The position numbers were made by a program, and so were the translations under genes. Below, piece by piece: positions 63,126 through 64,000 of a stretch of DNA of 64,000 bases (its first letter is position 1; each line of letters starts with the position of its first letter). The notes beneath the pieces are model-generated. The model saw only the letters and a list, made by a program, of their open reading frames with translations. It had not been told where the DNA came from and ran no database searches. The stretch is from Parasitella parasitica NRRL 2501 (lineage: Eukaryota; Fungi; Mucoromycota), in the NCBI GenBank assembly GCA_025201805.1, contig MU619237.1:124001-188000 (forward strand). Reading direction: 5' to 3'.

Positions 63126-64000
63126 ATGGCGTTGCCAAAGGCTGTGAATTACTTTCTTGCAGTATATCTGGTATGTTCTATTCTGTACACATCTTCATAT
63201 CTGCTAGGCTTCAAAAGAAGCCCGTTCCAAAAAAATCGAGTGCCTGAAACAAGTGTTGCCAGCTTGCAGCAACACTATCTCGGCAAACAGCAAGTGGACT
63301 GGAAGAACTCACTTGGTAAAAACTCACAATTTCGTGTTTCTTCCTTGCAAGGTATTCTCAATTTTTTTTTTCTCCCTTAGACCAAATTGTCGAATCGACT
63401 CCAGAGGATCTTGTTCTCAGCAAAGTGTTTTCAGAGACAATGGGTCCTTCCAAAGTCATCCCATATTACTTTAGAGCCACCGAAAGCTTTGATAGCCAAG
63501 AAATCACCATGGCTACTCTGGTCACCTACAACCGTTTCAAGGTGTTGAGTAGACTCGCCTCCCATTACAAAGGTCCTGTTTCTGTTGCTATTCACGTTAA
63601 CGATGACGACACCAAACAAAAGATATTGACTGATTTGCATCAACTCTATGAAGAGAACGAAGATTTAAGACGCTATGTCGACCTCCACTTGGTTGTTGAT
63701 AAGTTTGATCGTCAGTTCAACATGTGGCGCAACGTTGCCAAATTCTTTGCTCGAACGGATTACATCATGATGTTGGATGTGGATTTCTACCTCTGCACAG
63801 ACTTTAGAAAATCGCTCAAACAGCAGCCGGAATTGATGGAGCTGTTACGAGCTGGCAAAGCTGCTATCGTCGTGCCTGCTTTTGAATACGTCGACGAAAG
63901 CGATGGCGAAGATTGGAACGATTTCCCCAAGAACAAGAAGGAGTTGCTTGTCGATGTGAACTCTCAAAGACTCGACATGTTCCACAGAGGTTGGAAGCGT
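63126..64000 (+). CDS. Glycosyltransferase family 49 (LARGE/B4GAT1-like), type II membrane protein, truncated at window end
   Basis: N-terminal TM anchor, one intron, then EDLVLSKVFS...VIPYYFRA...ITMATLVT..RF..L..LA..YKGPVSVAIH...QFNMWRNVAKFFARTDYIMMLDVDF (DxD motif)...AAIVVPAFEY. Confidence 0.88.

Overview
This is a eukaryotic, intron-rich fungal window. Gene content, short GT-AG introns and AT-rich intergenic DNA fit a Mucorales (Mucoromycota) genome; that assignment is an inference, and the species cannot be determined. There are about 18 protein-coding genes in dense blocks: an orphan 4-TM low-complexity protein, ATG15, a YY1/Iec1-like zinc-finger protein, MED12, a divergent Yak1/DYRK kinase, SEC17, a stand-alone WWE-like protein, NHA1, ARB1, TANGO2/NRDE, RVS161, MED13, DUF2408/CUB1-like, an acidic orphan, NOT4, TTC1-like, a family I pyrophosphatase with an apparent signal peptide, malate synthase, and a GT49 glycosyltransferase truncated by the window end. 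AT-rich gene-poor islands (about 1-2300, 19600-27600, 46200-49200, 56350-61100) separate the blocks. They carry a ~337-bp tandem repeat family at two loci, a diverged direct repeat with a 1453-bp offset, and a possible decayed Fanzor1/transposon ORF. The most notable observations are a spliced YY1 REPO/2W-hairpin-like motif, an apparently secreted inorganic pyrophosphatase, a DYRK lacking both the autophosphorylated Tyr and its coordinating Arg, linkage of MED12 and MED13, and an Argonaute chaperone Arb1 homologue. All family assignments come from motif recognition by eye and from memory; no searches were run. Exon boundaries were checked only where stated.
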